NCBI GenBank assembly: GCA_041649025.1
Contig: JBAZNY010000002.1
Span: 70,694-134,693 of the forward strand
DNA length: 64,000 bases
Direction of reading: 5' to 3'
Source of the DNA: Bdellovibrionales bacterium
GTDB taxonomy: Bacteria > Pseudomonadota > Alphaproteobacteria > UBA9219
Shown one piece after another: positions 36,014 to 45,806 of the stretch (positions within the stretch are counted from its first letter, which is position 1; each line of letters begins with the position of its first letter). The position numbers were made by a program, and so were the translations under genes. The notes under the pieces are model-generated. The model saw only the letters and a program-made list of their open reading frames with translations, made no database searches and was not told the DNA's origin.

Positions 36014-38965
36014 ATGGCTGCAGTTATCATTCTGGACGAAGTCAAATGCGTCGGATGCAACAAGTGTATTGCAGAGTGCCCTGTCGAAGGGGCCAACGTT
36101 TCCTATCTCAAAGACGGCCGCAGTAAAGTTCGGACTAATCAGGATGCCTGCATTCTTTGCGGTCGATGCGTCGACGTATGCGACCACGGAGCCCGCGATT
36201 ATCGGGACGATACGGAAGCCTTTTTCAGAGATTTGGCCAACGGGGAGCGAATTTCCGTCATTGCCGCGCCCTCTATCCGTTTTAATATTTCCAATTACAA
36301 AAAGCTGTTCGGCTACCTGTCGCAACTCGGAAGCAATCTGATCTACGACGTTTCGTTCGGCGCCGACATATGCACGTGGAGCTATCTTAGGTGCGCCGAG
36401 CAAAAACATCTCGATTCCTTCATCTCCCAAGCTTGTCCGGCCATTGTTTCGTACATTGAAAAACATTGCCCCGAGCTTATCGACCGCCTTGCCCCCTCTC
36501 ACAGCCCGATGCTTTGCACCGCCATTTATTTGAGAAAATACAAGAACATAACGAACAGAATCGCCTTTCTTTCCCCCTGCATCGCCAAGGAGCAAGAGTG
36601 CATCGATACCGACGGCCTTATTTCCTACAACGTCACTTTTAAAAAAATTAAAGCGTATCTTTCAAAAAACAACATCGCCCTCGATATGTATCCCGAAAAG
36701 GATTTCGACGACATCGGATGCGGCTTGGGCGTCGCCTTCAGCCGCCCCGGAGGCTTGCGTGAAAACGTCGAATACCATACGAACAACCAGGCTTGGATAC
36801 GTCAGGTCGAAGGCGTCCGCCCCGCCTGCGATTATCTGAGAAGATATGCCGCACGCGTGAAGACGGGAGAAAAATTACCTTTCCTTATCGACATTCTGAA
36901 TTGTTCGCACGGATGCAATCTTGGAACGGGCACCTGCAAAGAAATCAACGTCGACGACATCGACGCAAAAACGGATCAGCTCAAGAAAGAAAAGCTGAAA
37001 GAGAAGGAAATCGATAGATCGGGAAAAATCATCTACTCTTTGTTTGAAACGTTCGACAAAGAGCTTAGCCTTCAGGATTTTTCGCGAACGTACAAAAACA
37101 AATTGGTTTCGGGCAAACAAAGAGAGTTTACCGAAAGAGAATACGATAAAATGTTCAATGATCTCTACAAGTTCGACGCTGAAAGCCGCCGCATCAATTG
37201 TTTTGCCTGCGGCTATGGCAACTGCAAGGACTTCGCCAAAGCCGTTCTCAGCGGAGACAACCACCCCGGCAATTGCATCAACTACAACCGCGCCGTGGCC
37301 AAAGCGGAACATCAGGAAGTAATGCAACAAAAGCTGAAGGCCGAGGCGGCGACAAGGGCGAAAAGCGACTTTTTAGCCAATATGAGCCATGAAATCCGCA
37401 CGCCTCTCAACGCGGTTCTCGGCATGACCCAGCTTCTTCTCGACACGGAGATGTCTCAGGAACAGCACACATGGGCCCAAATCATCAACCAATCCGGAGA
37501 AAGCCTTCTTGGGTTGATCAACGACATTCTCGATCTCACGAAAATCGAAGCCGAACACCTCAATCTCGAAAGCGTAGACTTTAATCTGTGCTCCGCCGTT
37601 GCCGAAGTGACCGACACGCTCTCCATCAAAGCCCGCGAAAAAGGTCTGGAGATGATCGTTTCTTTCGTCGGCGAGGTACCGGAATATATTAAAGGAGACC
37701 CCGGCAGATTTAAGCAGATTCTTTACAACCTGATCGGCAACGCGACAAAATTCACCCAGAACGGACATATACTGACGCGGATCGTTTCGGAAAAAGTCAA
37801 TAATGACATAATGCTTAAAATTGACGTTGAAGACACGGGCATCGGCATTCCGGAAGAGAAGCTCGCCTACATCTTTGAAAAATTCGCGCAGGGCGAAGAG
37901 TCGACAACGCGCCGTTTCGGCGGAACCGGACTTGGCTTGGCAATCTCGCAAAAGCTTATTCGTCTTATGGGCGGCGAAATCAACGTTACAAGCAAGGAGG
38001 GCCTGGGATCGACATTCTCTTACACCATCCGCATGCGCCCGGGTTCCTCTGAAAACACCATTCAGGAAGTACCCGATGTCTCCCTTAAAAATAAGCGCGC
38101 CCTTATCGTCGACGATTATCTTTTTGGCTGCGAAATCACCAAAGGATGCCTGGATGGTTTTGGCATCAGAGCCGACATCGCAACGACGAAAAAAGAAGCC
38201 CTACAGAAGGTTCTGGACGCGCTGAAAGCCAAGGATCCTTATGATTTTATGATCCTTGATTATAAGCTCGGCGAAGAGAACGGGCTTACGCTATGCGACG
38301 ATATCGCGTTCGCGAAAGGCAGCGCCCTTATGCCTATGATTATTATGGTCACGGCGTACGGATACTTTTCAACGCTTGAAAATCTGGCGGCTCACGGCGT
38401 TATGGGCTTTATGGTCAAACCGTTCTATCCCGCTCAAATGGAAACGACGCTCAAGCTGATTTTGAACGGACGATTGAAAAACATTCCTTTACCGGTCGTC
38501 ACGCGCCACACCGTGTGCAAGATTTTGCATGACGATCTGGCTTCGGAAAATTTAGAAACGGAATCATTTAAAGGCACAAAAATTCTCGTCGTCGAGGACA
38601 TGCCCTTCAATCAGCTTCTTATGACTAAAATTTTGAATAAATTCGGGTGCAACGTCGATATGGCGTCGGACGGATCACAAGCACTGCAGAAAGTCAAAAA
38701 AGTTGATTACGATATCGTCTTTATGGATTGCCAGATGCCGGTTATGGACGGCTATGTTGCAACGCGAGAAATTAGAGAAATTGAAAATAAACTCAATAAA
38801 CACACGCCCATTATCGCCCTGACCGCCGACGCCATGACGGAAGATCGCGAGAGGTGTTTTCAAGCCGGCATGGACGATCATCTTGGCAAGCCCTTTAAAC
38901 AGGAGCAGATTGTGGAGATGATTAAAAAATACAAACCCAAAGATAATTCAGGAAACCCCGCTTGA
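36014..38965 (+). CDS. hybrid sensor histidine kinase with an N-terminal 2x[4Fe-4S] ferredoxin plus [FeFe]-hydrogenase-like domain, HisKA, HATPase_c and two receiver domains
   Basis: CVGCNKCIAECP and CILCGRCVDVC are ferredoxin motifs. H-cluster-like motifs are SQACPAIV (L1 variant), SPCIAKEQE (L2, PCxxKxxE) and NCSHGCNLGTG (L3, CxxGCxxG). H-box SHEIRTPLN; N/G boxes NLIGNATKF and DTGIGI...GGTGLGL. REC domains have ILDYKL and VFMDCQMPVMDG. Confidence 0.85.
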   Translation: MAAVIILDEVKCVGCNKCIAECPVEGANVSYLKDGRSKVRTNQDACILCGRCVDVCDHGARDYRDDTEAFFRDLANGERISVIAAPSIRFNISNYKKLFGYLSQLGSNLIYDVSFGADICTWSYLRCAEQKHLDSFISQACPAIVSYIEKHCPELIDRLAPSHSPMLCTAIYLRKYKNITNRIAFLSPCIAKEQECIDTDGLISYNVTFKKIKAYLSKNNIALDMYPEKDFDDIGCGLGVAFSRPGGLRENVEYHTNNQAWIRQVEGVRPACDYLRRYAARVKTGEKLPFLIDILNCSHGCNLGTGTCKEINVDDIDAKTDQLKKEKLKEKEIDRSGKIIYSLFETFDKELSLQDFSRTYKNKLVSGKQREFTEREYDKMFNDLYKFDAESRRINCFACGYGNCKDFAKAVLSGDNHPGNCINYNRAVAKAEHQEVMQQKLKAEAATRAKSDFLANMSHEIRTPLNAVLGMTQLLLDTEMSQEQHTWAQIINQSGESLLGLINDILDLTKIEAEHLNLESVDFNLCSAVAEVTDTLSIKAREKGLEMIVSFVGEVPEYIKGDPGRFKQILYNLIGNATKFTQNGHILTRIVSEKVNNDIMLKIDVEDTGIGIPEEKLAYIFEKFAQGEESTTRRFGGTGLGLAISQKLIRLMGGEINVTSKEGLGSTFSYTIRMRPGSSENTIQEVPDVSLKNKRALIVDDYLFGCEITKGCLDGFGIRADIATTKKEALQKVLDALKAKDPYDFMILDYKLGEENGLTLCDDIAFAKGSALMPMIIMVTAYGYFSTLENLAAHGVMGFMVKPFYPAQMETTLKLILNGRLKNIPLPVVTRHTVCKILHDDLASENLETESFKGTKILVVEDMPFNQLLMTKILNKFGCNVDMASDGSQALQKVKKVDYDIVFMDCQMPVMDGYVATREIREIENKLNKHTPIIALTADAMTEDRERCFQAGMDDHLGKPFKQEQIVEMIKKYKPKDNSGNPA

Positions 38966-39045
38966 ATGGACTGGTGCAGGACGCGCCAACGGCGTTGGGT
39001 CTTAATGTTTGCTTTAACTCTTGAAGAAATGCACGGATCCCTTTC

Positions 39046-40446
39046 ATGCGCAAAGAAACCGACATTTTAGGAAACGTAGAAATCGATGATTCCGCTTTGT
39101 GGGGCATTCATACAGAGCGCGCCCTGCAAAATTTTGCCGTTTCAGAACGGCGTGTTCCTTTTTCTCTGATTGCAGCCATCGTCACAGTCAAACAGGCGGC
39201 GGCACAGGCCAACGGAGAGCTGGGATATCTTCCACAAAACATCGCCGACGTCCTTGTGGCAGCCTGCGGCAAAATTTGCGGAAATGAAAACGACACGATG
39301 GCTTCTTTTCCCCTCGACGCGTTGCAGGGCGGCGCCGGCACATCCACGAATATGAACGTCAACGAAGTCATCGCCAATGTCGCGCTTCAGGCGATGGGGA
39401 AAAAAGCAGGCGCTTACGACGCCCTCCATCCGCTTAACCACGTCAATCTGCATCAATCGACGAACGACGTGTATCCGACGGCTCTCAGGATCGCCGCCAT
39501 ATCCGGCCTGAGGTCGCTTTCGGACGCGCTCGCAAAACTTCAGGGCGCGATGCAGAACAAGGAAAAAGAATTTCACGACATCCTTAAAATGGGGCGCACG
39601 GAATTGCAGCCTGCCGTGCCGATGACGCTGGGACAGGAGTTTTCCGCCTATTCCGAAGCCGTCGCGCGCGACCGCTGGCGCACGTTTAAATGCGAAGAAC
39701 GCCTGCGCATGGTCAACATAGGAGGAACAGCTATCGGAACGGGTCTGACGGCGCCCAGGGACTATATCTTCCGCGTCATTGAAATACTGCGCTCGCTCAC
39801 GGGCATGGGGCTTGCGCGAAGCGAAAACGTCATCGACGGCACGGCAAACGCCGACGTTTTTGTCGAAGTTTCCGGCATTTTAAAAGCCGCCGCGACGACG
39901 ATGGCCAAAATCGCGGGAGATTTGCGCCTTCTGCATTTTTTGGGCGAAATCGCCCTGCCGCCCATGCAAACCGGATCGTCCATCATGCCGGGAAAAATTA
40001 ATCCCGTCATGACGGAAAGCGTGATGCAAGCAAGTCTTGTCGTCCGCGCTAACGATTTTATGATCGCCGAGTGCGCGGCACACGGTACGCTTCAGATCAA
40101 CGAGTTTATGCCGCTCATTGCCAGCGCCCTTCTTGAATCCATCGATATCCTGAAGAATTCAGCCCTTGCGCTCGCGCCGCATATCGACGCTATCAAGGCC
40201 GACGCCGAACGCTGCCGCAGTTTCGTCGAAAACAGCCCCGCCCTGATGACGGCTTTGCTGCCGCACGTCGGCTATGAAAAGACGCTGCTTCTGATGAACG
40301 AATTCAACGCCCTTAAAAAGAAAAACGCCGAAACTTTCATTACGAGCTTTCTCGCCGAAAAACTAGGCAACGAGATCGCCAAAACCGTTTTATCCACGAC
40401 GAATTTTATCGGCCTTGGATACGTGAAAAAGGAACATAAAGAATGA
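39046..40446 (+). CDS. aspA: aspartate ammonia-lyase family (class II fumarase/aspartase superfamily) protein
   Basis: Collinear by eye with AspA: DILG...YGIHTERALQNF, GGAGTSTNMNVNEVIAN, HQSTNDVYPTA, KMGRTELQPAVPMTLGQEF and the signature GSSIMPGKINPV. Confidence 0.8.
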   Translation: MRKETDILGNVEIDDSALWGIHTERALQNFAVSERRVPFSLIAAIVTVKQAAAQANGELGYLPQNIADVLVAACGKICGNENDTMASFPLDALQGGAGTSTNMNVNEVIANVALQAMGKKAGAYDALHPLNHVNLHQSTNDVYPTALRIAAISGLRSLSDALAKLQGAMQNKEKEFHDILKMGRTELQPAVPMTLGQEFSAYSEAVARDRWRTFKCEERLRMVNIGGTAIGTGLTAPRDYIFRVIEILRSLTGMGLARSENVIDGTANADVFVEVSGILKAAATTMAKIAGDLRLLHFLGEIALPPMQTGSSIMPGKINPVMTESVMQASLVVRANDFMIAECAAHGTLQINEFMPLIASALLESIDILKNSALALAPHIDAIKADAERCRSFVENSPALMTALLPHVGYEKTLLLMNEFNALKKKNAETFITSFLAEKLGNEIAKTVLSTTNFIGLGYVKKEHKE

Positions 40447-41699
40447 TCGACCAGACTCCCAACACTCCGAAAGCGATGCGCCTGCATATTGGAATCATGG
40501 GCAGAATGAACGTCGGAAAGTCTTCGTTCTTGAATATGGTGGCCGGACAAGATGTCGCCATTACTTCGCCTGAGGCTGGAACGACGACGGATGTCGTTGA
40601 AAAGACTATGGAATTGTTGCCTTTGGGGCCTGTCGTTTTGCTGGATACGGCGGGGATCGACGACACGTCCGCGCTCGGCATCGCGCGTGTCGATAAGGCG
40701 AAAAAAGCCGTCCAGCGCATGGATGTTCTTGTGCTTATCGTCACGCCCAACGACTGGAGCGAATTCGAAGACGCCTTGGTGAACGAGGCTCATGCCCACA
40801 ACATTCCGGCGCTTGTCGTCATCAACAAGACCGATTTGGCGGAACCTTCGACCGATTTTCTCGCCCTTCTGGACGTCAAAAAACTTTCTTGGGTCGCAGG
40901 AAGTTCGACCGACGAATCCAAAAAAGAAGATTTCAAAAATGAATTCAAGCAAAGCCTGCGCGCTATGCTTCCCCGCCTTTTCGCCGCGCCGCAATCCCTT
41001 ATCGGCGACTTGCTGCCGCCCGGAGGCATGGCGGTTTTTGTCGTTCCCATCGATCTTGGCGCGCCGCAGGGGCGCCTTATCGTTCCTCAAGTGCAGGCGT
41101 TGCGCGATCTTCTCGACAACGACGCGTCAGCCCTTGTCGTCAAAGACAGGGAATACGCCGCGACGCTTGCGCGGCTTAAAAAAATGCCCGATCTCGTCGT
41201 GTGCGACTCTCAGGTGGTCGCGCGCGTCGTCGCGGATACGCCTGAAAGCGTTCCCCTGACGACTTTTTCCATTCTTTTCTCGCGCTTTAAGGGAGATCTC
41301 GCGCTGCAAGCCGAAGGCGCGGCAGCGCTTGAAAAATTGAATGACGGAGACAAGGTTCTGATTGCGGAAGGATGCTCGCACCATCCGATGGAGGATGACA
41401 TCGGGCGCATCAAAATCCCGCGCTGGCTTAAGCAATATAGCGGAAAAAACATTACGATTGAGTCTTCCGCAGGGCACGATTTCCCCGCGAATTTACAGGA
41501 TTATAAGGTCGTCATTCATTGCGGCGGCTGCGTCATGACAAAGCAGGAAATGTCGTCGCGCCTGTCCATCGCCAAAGGAAAATCCGTGCCGATGACAAAC
41601 TACGGCATTGCGATTTCCGCCCTGCAGGGGGTTTTGAAGCGCGCCCTGTCCCCCTTCCCCGCCGCGCTCGCAGCCTATGAGAAGGCAAAGAAATTTTAG
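40443..41699 (+). CDS. hydF: [FeFe]-hydrogenase H-cluster maturation GTPase HydF
   Basis: GTPase motifs GRMNVGKSS, TTD, DTAG and NKTD. C-terminal cluster motif CSH...(about 50 aa)...HCGGC, i.e. CxH-x(n)-HCxxC. The ATGA overlap with the aspA stop is at 40443-40446. Confidence 0.85.
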   Translation: MIDQTPNTPKAMRLHIGIMGRMNVGKSSFLNMVAGQDVAITSPEAGTTTDVVEKTMELLPLGPVVLLDTAGIDDTSALGIARVDKAKKAVQRMDVLVLIVTPNDWSEFEDALVNEAHAHNIPALVVINKTDLAEPSTDFLALLDVKKLSWVAGSSTDESKKEDFKNEFKQSLRAMLPRLFAAPQSLIGDLLPPGGMAVFVVPIDLGAPQGRLIVPQVQALRDLLDNDASALVVKDREYAATLARLKKMPDLVVCDSQVVARVVADTPESVPLTTFSILFSRFKGDLALQAEGAAALEKLNDGDKVLIAEGCSHHPMEDDIGRIKIPRWLKQYSGKNITIESSAGHDFPANLQDYKVVIHCGGCVMTKQEMSSRLSIAKGKSVPMTNYGIAISALQGVLKRALSPFPAALAAYEKAKKF

Positions 41700-42301
41700 T
41701 GCCTCAGGCTTTCAGGGTTAAGGCCTTTTAGTCTATCCACGAACGTATTTCTCTGATCTTCCGGCTCCGAGATTCCGGATGCCTTCAATATCATAGAACG
41801 AGCGGACGCGATATGCATCTCATCTCTCTTCCCGATATACGGATCTCCCGCACCCTCTTTCACAACGCCATACGCGACATTTGCAAGATGCGGGTTGCGT
41901 TTCAAAACGGAGCTTAACGGATCACGCTTCCCCATGACATGGGGTGTCGCGGTCGCCTGTGATAAAATAGGTAACAACCTATCATCAGCACCCGGAAATT
42001 TTTGCAGAAGCTCGTCAACAAAATCCAGCGCAGCGCCAAGAGAAAAATTCCGATCCTCCGCCTTAGCCTGCATAATATTTCGTTGGACACCCTTTTCAAT
42101 TGCATCGCCAATCAGAGTCTCGCCCATCACTCTCGGATTATTTTCTATCCTATTCATGATATGTTGGCGCAGTTTATCAAATCCTGAGGTCTGACCGAGA
42201 GCCGCATCTGGGTCCCCCATCCAAGCGAATAGATGTTCCATATCTTTTGTGAGTTCTTCGATCGCAGAATTTGTAATTAAATGGTCGTTCATTTTCTTCA
42301 T
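41696..42301 (-). CDS. hypothetical protein
   Basis: 201 aa ORF, convergent with hydF (4 bp stop overlap). No recognised motif. Confidence 0.45.
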   Translation of the reverse strand: MKKMNDHLITNSAIEELTKDMEHLFAWMGDPDAALGQTSGFDKLRQHIMNRIENNPRVMGETLIGDAIEKGVQRNIMQAKAEDRNFSLGAALDFVDELLQKFPGADDRLLPILSQATATPHVMGKRDPLSSVLKRNPHLANVAYGVVKEGAGDPYIGKRDEMHIASARSMILKASGISEPEDQRNTFVDRLKGLNPESLRH

Positions 42302-42464
42302 CCATATAAAATGAAAGAAATTAAATATGGGATGGATATTACCATGGATTCATGAAAGTAAAGATAACAGCCAGAAACCCATTGGTTTGTTTATATAATA
42401 TTTGTCTAAATCTTATTCCGCATCCACGCGTTTTCTGTAATGCGTATGCAGAAGCTTGTGCGCT

Positions 42465-42752
42465 TTACTGTGCTTTGCAGGTGGGCAGGCAGCTTTTGAG
42501 CGCGTTGCGGCATTCGCCGCTGGCGCCATATACGCCCGAAGGGCCGATGACGCCGCTGTTGTTATCGCCGGCGGCGCGGGAGTCCATGCAACGGGAATAG
42601 CTTTCGTTGCAGGAACGGCGGCAGGTTTCGCTGTCGCTTTCAATAAATGTTGTAAGGCCGTCTTTACCGACGTACGTATCCGCCGGTTTCGTTCCCGACA
42701 CGCATCCGATCAGCATTCCCATAACCATGATTATGAGAACGCGTTTCGTCAT
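42465..42752 (-). CDS. small Cys-rich lipoprotein
   Basis: Signal peptide plus lipobox MVMGMLIGC. Six further Cys occur in about 75 aa. The start ATG overlaps the rplQ stop (ATGA at 42749-42752). Confidence 0.6.
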   Translation of the reverse strand: MTKRVLIIMVMGMLIGCVSGTKPADTYVGKDGLTTFIESDSETCRRSCNESYSRCMDSRAAGDNNSGVIGPSGVYGASGECRNALKSCLPTCKAQ

Positions 42753-43288
42753 GGGGTCACTCTATTTCCGGCAGGCTTGGCTACTGTTGCCGCTTTGGCA
42801 TGTTTTGCCGCTTTATCCGGTTTTGCCGTTTTCACGGGCTTTGCCGGTTCGGCCGTCTTCTCGGCCTTTTCGGCTTCCACCGGAGCTTCCGTGGCCTTCA
42901 ACGCGCGTTGCTTGGCGCCTTTGGCTTCAACGTCGCGGTCGATAAATTCGATCATCGCCATCGCTGCGGCGTCGCCGTAGCGGAATCCCGCCTTGATAAC
43001 GCGGGTGTAGCCGCCTTGGCGGCTCTTGTAGCGTTCGGCGAGCGCACCGAACAGTTTCTTGATGGCGGCTTCGTCGCGCAAGATCGACAGCGCGCGGCGG
43101 CGATTGGACAAACCGCCCTTTTTGCCGAGCGTAATCAGGCTTTCGATGACGGGGCGCATTTCCTTGGCTTTGGGCAAGGTCGTCGTGATCTGTTCGTTTT
43201 CGATCAGGGCTACAGCCATATTGGCGAACATAGCCTTGCGGTGTGTCGATGTCATCCCAAGCTTACGATATTGATTTCCGTGACGCAT
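42749..43288 (-). CDS. rplQ: 50S ribosomal protein L17 with a Lys/Ala-rich C-terminal extension
   Basis: [24 protein letters not shown]...[11 protein letters not shown]. The C-terminal roughly 45 aa is of [19 protein letters not shown] type. Confidence 0.95.
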   Translation of the reverse strand: MRHGNQYRKLGMTSTHRKAMFANMAVALIENEQITTTLPKAKEMRPVIESLITLGKKGGLSNRRRALSILRDEAAIKKLFGALAERYKSRQGGYTRVIKAGFRYGDAAAMAMIEFIDRDVEAKGAKQRALKATEAPVEAEKAEKTAEPAKPVKTAKPDKAAKHAKAATVAKPAGNRVTP

Positions 43289-43466
43289 GTTCTTCTTCCT
43301 TTATATGGCCGCGACTACTCTGCGGTACGCTTGCTTCGCAAGCTCCCCGCAACCGTGACTGCGGCGCTGCTTGGCTCTGTGATTTCGTCCTTATGACGCT
43401 CTTGCAGAAACCGGTTGTACATAAGTCCCGCGCCTGATCTCAGCACGCAGGACTATCCTCACTACC

Positions 43467-44483
43467 TCAGAACGGCTCTTCCATTCTTTTCGCAAGGTCT
43501 TCGATATTCTCTGGCGGCCAATTGGGAATTTGCATGCCCAAGGTCAGCCCCATCTGGGTCAACACTTCCTTGATCTCGTTCAGGCTCTTGCGGCCAAAGT
43601 TCGGCGTGCGGAGCATTTCGCTTTCGGACTTTTGAACCAGATCGCCGATGTAGACGATGTTATCGTTCTTGAGGCAGTTGGCCGAACGAACCGACAATTC
43701 AAGCTCGTCCACCTTGCGGAGCAAGTTGCGGTTGAAGGGCAGATCGGTGGCAGCTTCCGGCGCAACGGCCACGGCGTGGGGTTCTTCGAAGTTGATGAAG
43801 AACTGCAATTGGTCTTGCAGAATACGGGCGGAAATCGCCACGGCGTCTTCCGGCAAAATCGAGCCGTCCGTTTCGACCGTCAACATCAGCTTGTCATAGT
43901 CGGTCACTTGGCCGACGCGGCTGTGTTCGACCTTATAAGCGACCTTGCGGACGGGGCTGAACAACGCGTCAATCGGCAGCAGGCCGATGGGCGTGTCTTC
44001 CTTGCGCAACGCGGCGGCGGGAATGTAGCCGCGACCCGTTTCGACCATCAATTCCATCGACAGCTTGGCGCCCTTGTCGAGCGTGCAAACGACGAGTTCG
44101 GGATTCATGATCTCGACATCGGATCCCGTTTCGATTTGCTTGGCCGTCACTTCTCCGGGGCCTTCGGCGCGCAGACGCACGCGACGCGGAACGTCGTTAT
44201 GCGCACGCAAAGAGAGGCTCTTGAGGTTCAGGATGATGTCGGTAACGTCTTCTCTGACGCCCGGGATCGACGAGAATTCATGAAGCACGCCTTCGATCTG
44301 CACGGACGTAACGGCAGTTCCCTGCAAAGACGAAAGCAATACGCGGCGCAGCGCGTTGCCTAAAGTCATGCCAAAGCCGCGCTCCAGAGGCTCAATGACC
44401 AACGTCGCAATATTGGGATTGGCTTCGGCGGCAGAGATATTTTTTGTCGGCTGAATCAGCGACTTCCAATTTTTTTGTAACAC
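43467..44483 (-). CDS. rpoA: DNA-directed RNA polymerase alpha subunit
   Basis: [24 protein letters not shown], plus the C-terminal domain [22 protein letters not shown]. Confidence 0.97.
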   Translation of the reverse strand: MLQKNWKSLIQPTKNISAAEANPNIATLVIEPLERGFGMTLGNALRRVLLSSLQGTAVTSVQIEGVLHEFSSIPGVREDVTDIILNLKSLSLRAHNDVPRRVRLRAEGPGEVTAKQIETGSDVEIMNPELVVCTLDKGAKLSMELMVETGRGYIPAAALRKEDTPIGLLPIDALFSPVRKVAYKVEHSRVGQVTDYDKLMLTVETDGSILPEDAVAISARILQDQLQFFINFEEPHAVAVAPEAATDLPFNRNLLRKVDELELSVRSANCLKNDNIVYIGDLVQKSESEMLRTPNFGRKSLNEIKEVLTQMGLTLGMQIPNWPPENIEDLAKRMEEPF

Positions 44484-44531
44484 GGCAGAACCCTTTCGGT
44501 TTATTTCAACTTAAACAAAACACTATGTCTC

Positions 44532-44960
44532 TTACACGCGACGACGTTTACGCGGACGGCATCCATTATGCGGGATGGGCGTCACGTCGCGGATCGATGT
44601 GATCGAAAAACCAACGGCTTGCAGCGCGCGCAAAGCGGATTCGCGACCGGCGCCCGGGCCTTTGACTTCGACCTCAAGCGTACGCACGCCGTTATCCATC
44701 GCTTTTTTGCCCACGTCTTCGGCGGCCATCTGCGCGGCATAAGGCGTCGACTTACGCGAGCCCTTAAAGCCCATCAACCCCGAAGACGACCAGGCAATGG
44801 TATTGCCCTGCGCGTCGGCGATCGTGATGATTGTGTTGTTGAAACTTGCATTGACATGCGCTGTAGCATTGACAATGTTTTTACGCTCTTTGCGGCGTCT
44901 GACCGGGGTTGCCTTTTCTTTGTTTTCGGCTTTGCCTTCAGTCTTTTCTGCTTTTGCCAT
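44532..44960 (-). CDS. rpsK: 30S ribosomal protein S11 (with a short basic N-terminal extension)
   Basis: [28 protein letters not shown]...[11 protein letters not shown]...[13 protein letters not shown]. Confidence 0.95.
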   Translation of the reverse strand: MAKAEKTEGKAENKEKATPVRRRKERKNIVNATAHVNASFNNTIITIADAQGNTIAWSSSGLMGFKGSRKSTPYAAQMAAEDVGKKAMDNGVRTLEVEVKGPGAGRESALRALQAVGFSITSIRDVTPIPHNGCRPRKRRRV

Positions 44961-45109
44961 TTTTCTTTCTTTTCCCTGTTACTCCCCGGGAATAATTCCC
45001 GGAGCTTGCACTTCATCCCGCTACTTAGTAAGCAATCCGGCTTCGCAAAATTGCTTCGCCGGATGAGATTTTTCTAAGGCTTGCCAATCGGCAAGCCGTA
45101 AGAAAAAAC

Positions 45110-45490
45110 TCACTTCTTGGTAGCGATCTTCTTGCCGGCAATCGGCCTGGCCTTGCCCTTGCGGGTGCGCGCATTGGTATGCGTGCGTTGTCCGCGGACG
45201 GGAAGGCCCTTACGATGGCGCAGGCCGCGGTAGCAGCCCAAATCCATCAAACGCTTAATGTTCATTGAAACTTCACGGCGCAAATCGCCTTCGACTTTAT
45301 AGTTCTTGTCGATGTCTTCGCGCACTTTCAGAATTTCGCCTTCGGTCAACGTATTGACTCGCTTTGTCGGATCGATGCCGACACGGGCGCAGATTTCCAG
45401 GGCATTCGTCGGCCCAATGCCGAAGATGTAACGTAACGCAATGTGCAACGGCTTTGCCGCCGGAATATTAACGCCTGCAATACGAGCCAC
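45110..45490 (-). CDS. rpsM: 30S ribosomal protein S13
   Basis: (V)ARIAGVNIP...ALRYIFGIG...[26 protein letters not shown]. The GTG start at 45490 is preferred over the long upstream ORF extension. Confidence 0.93.
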   Translation of the reverse strand: MARIAGVNIPAAKPLHIALRYIFGIGPTNALEICARVGIDPTKRVNTLTEGEILKVREDIDKNYKVEGDLRREVSMNIKRLMDLGCYRGLRHRKGLPVRGQRTHTNARTRKGKARPIAGKKIATKK

Positions 45491-45653
45491 TTTGTTCTCC
45501 AAAAAAACAACAAAAACACCGCATTGGCGAGAGATGCCTCGCGCGCCAAAACGGAGTTCATTTGCATAAGTTTTTAGCCCCAATCCCGAAGCTAAGGTGG
45601 CGCAGTATAGGGATTGATCGACCAGAGTCAAGCACGGAAGAAGCATTTAGGGG

Positions 45654-45771
45654 TTAGCATTTAGCATCTAGGGATTAGCATTCAGCATTTAGGGAAATAA
45701 TAACAAAGATGCTTGAATATCAATAGGTTGACAAAACGTTTCTTCCTTATCCTTAAATGCTAAATGCTAAC
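45654..45771. repeat. 21-bp repeat, two tandem direct copies plus one inverted copy, upstream of rpsM
   Basis: ttagcatttagcatctaggga (45654-45674), ttagcattcagcatttaggga (45675-45695), and tccttaaatgctaaatgctaac (about 45749-45771), which is the reverse complement. Confidence 0.8.
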
Positions 45772-45806
45772 TCGTAACTGCTACCCCTCCCCTGAATGCC
45801 CCACCC

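Noticed and set aside
40272-41090. A 272 aa minus-strand ORF spanning the aspA-hydF junction.
   Set aside because: It is antisense to two well-supported genes and has no motif. The ATGA coupling of aspA and hydF supports the plus-strand reading.
45654-45771. A possible CRISPR array or minisatellite.
   Set aside because: There are only two adjacent direct copies plus one inverted copy. There are no regular spacers and no cas genes in the window.
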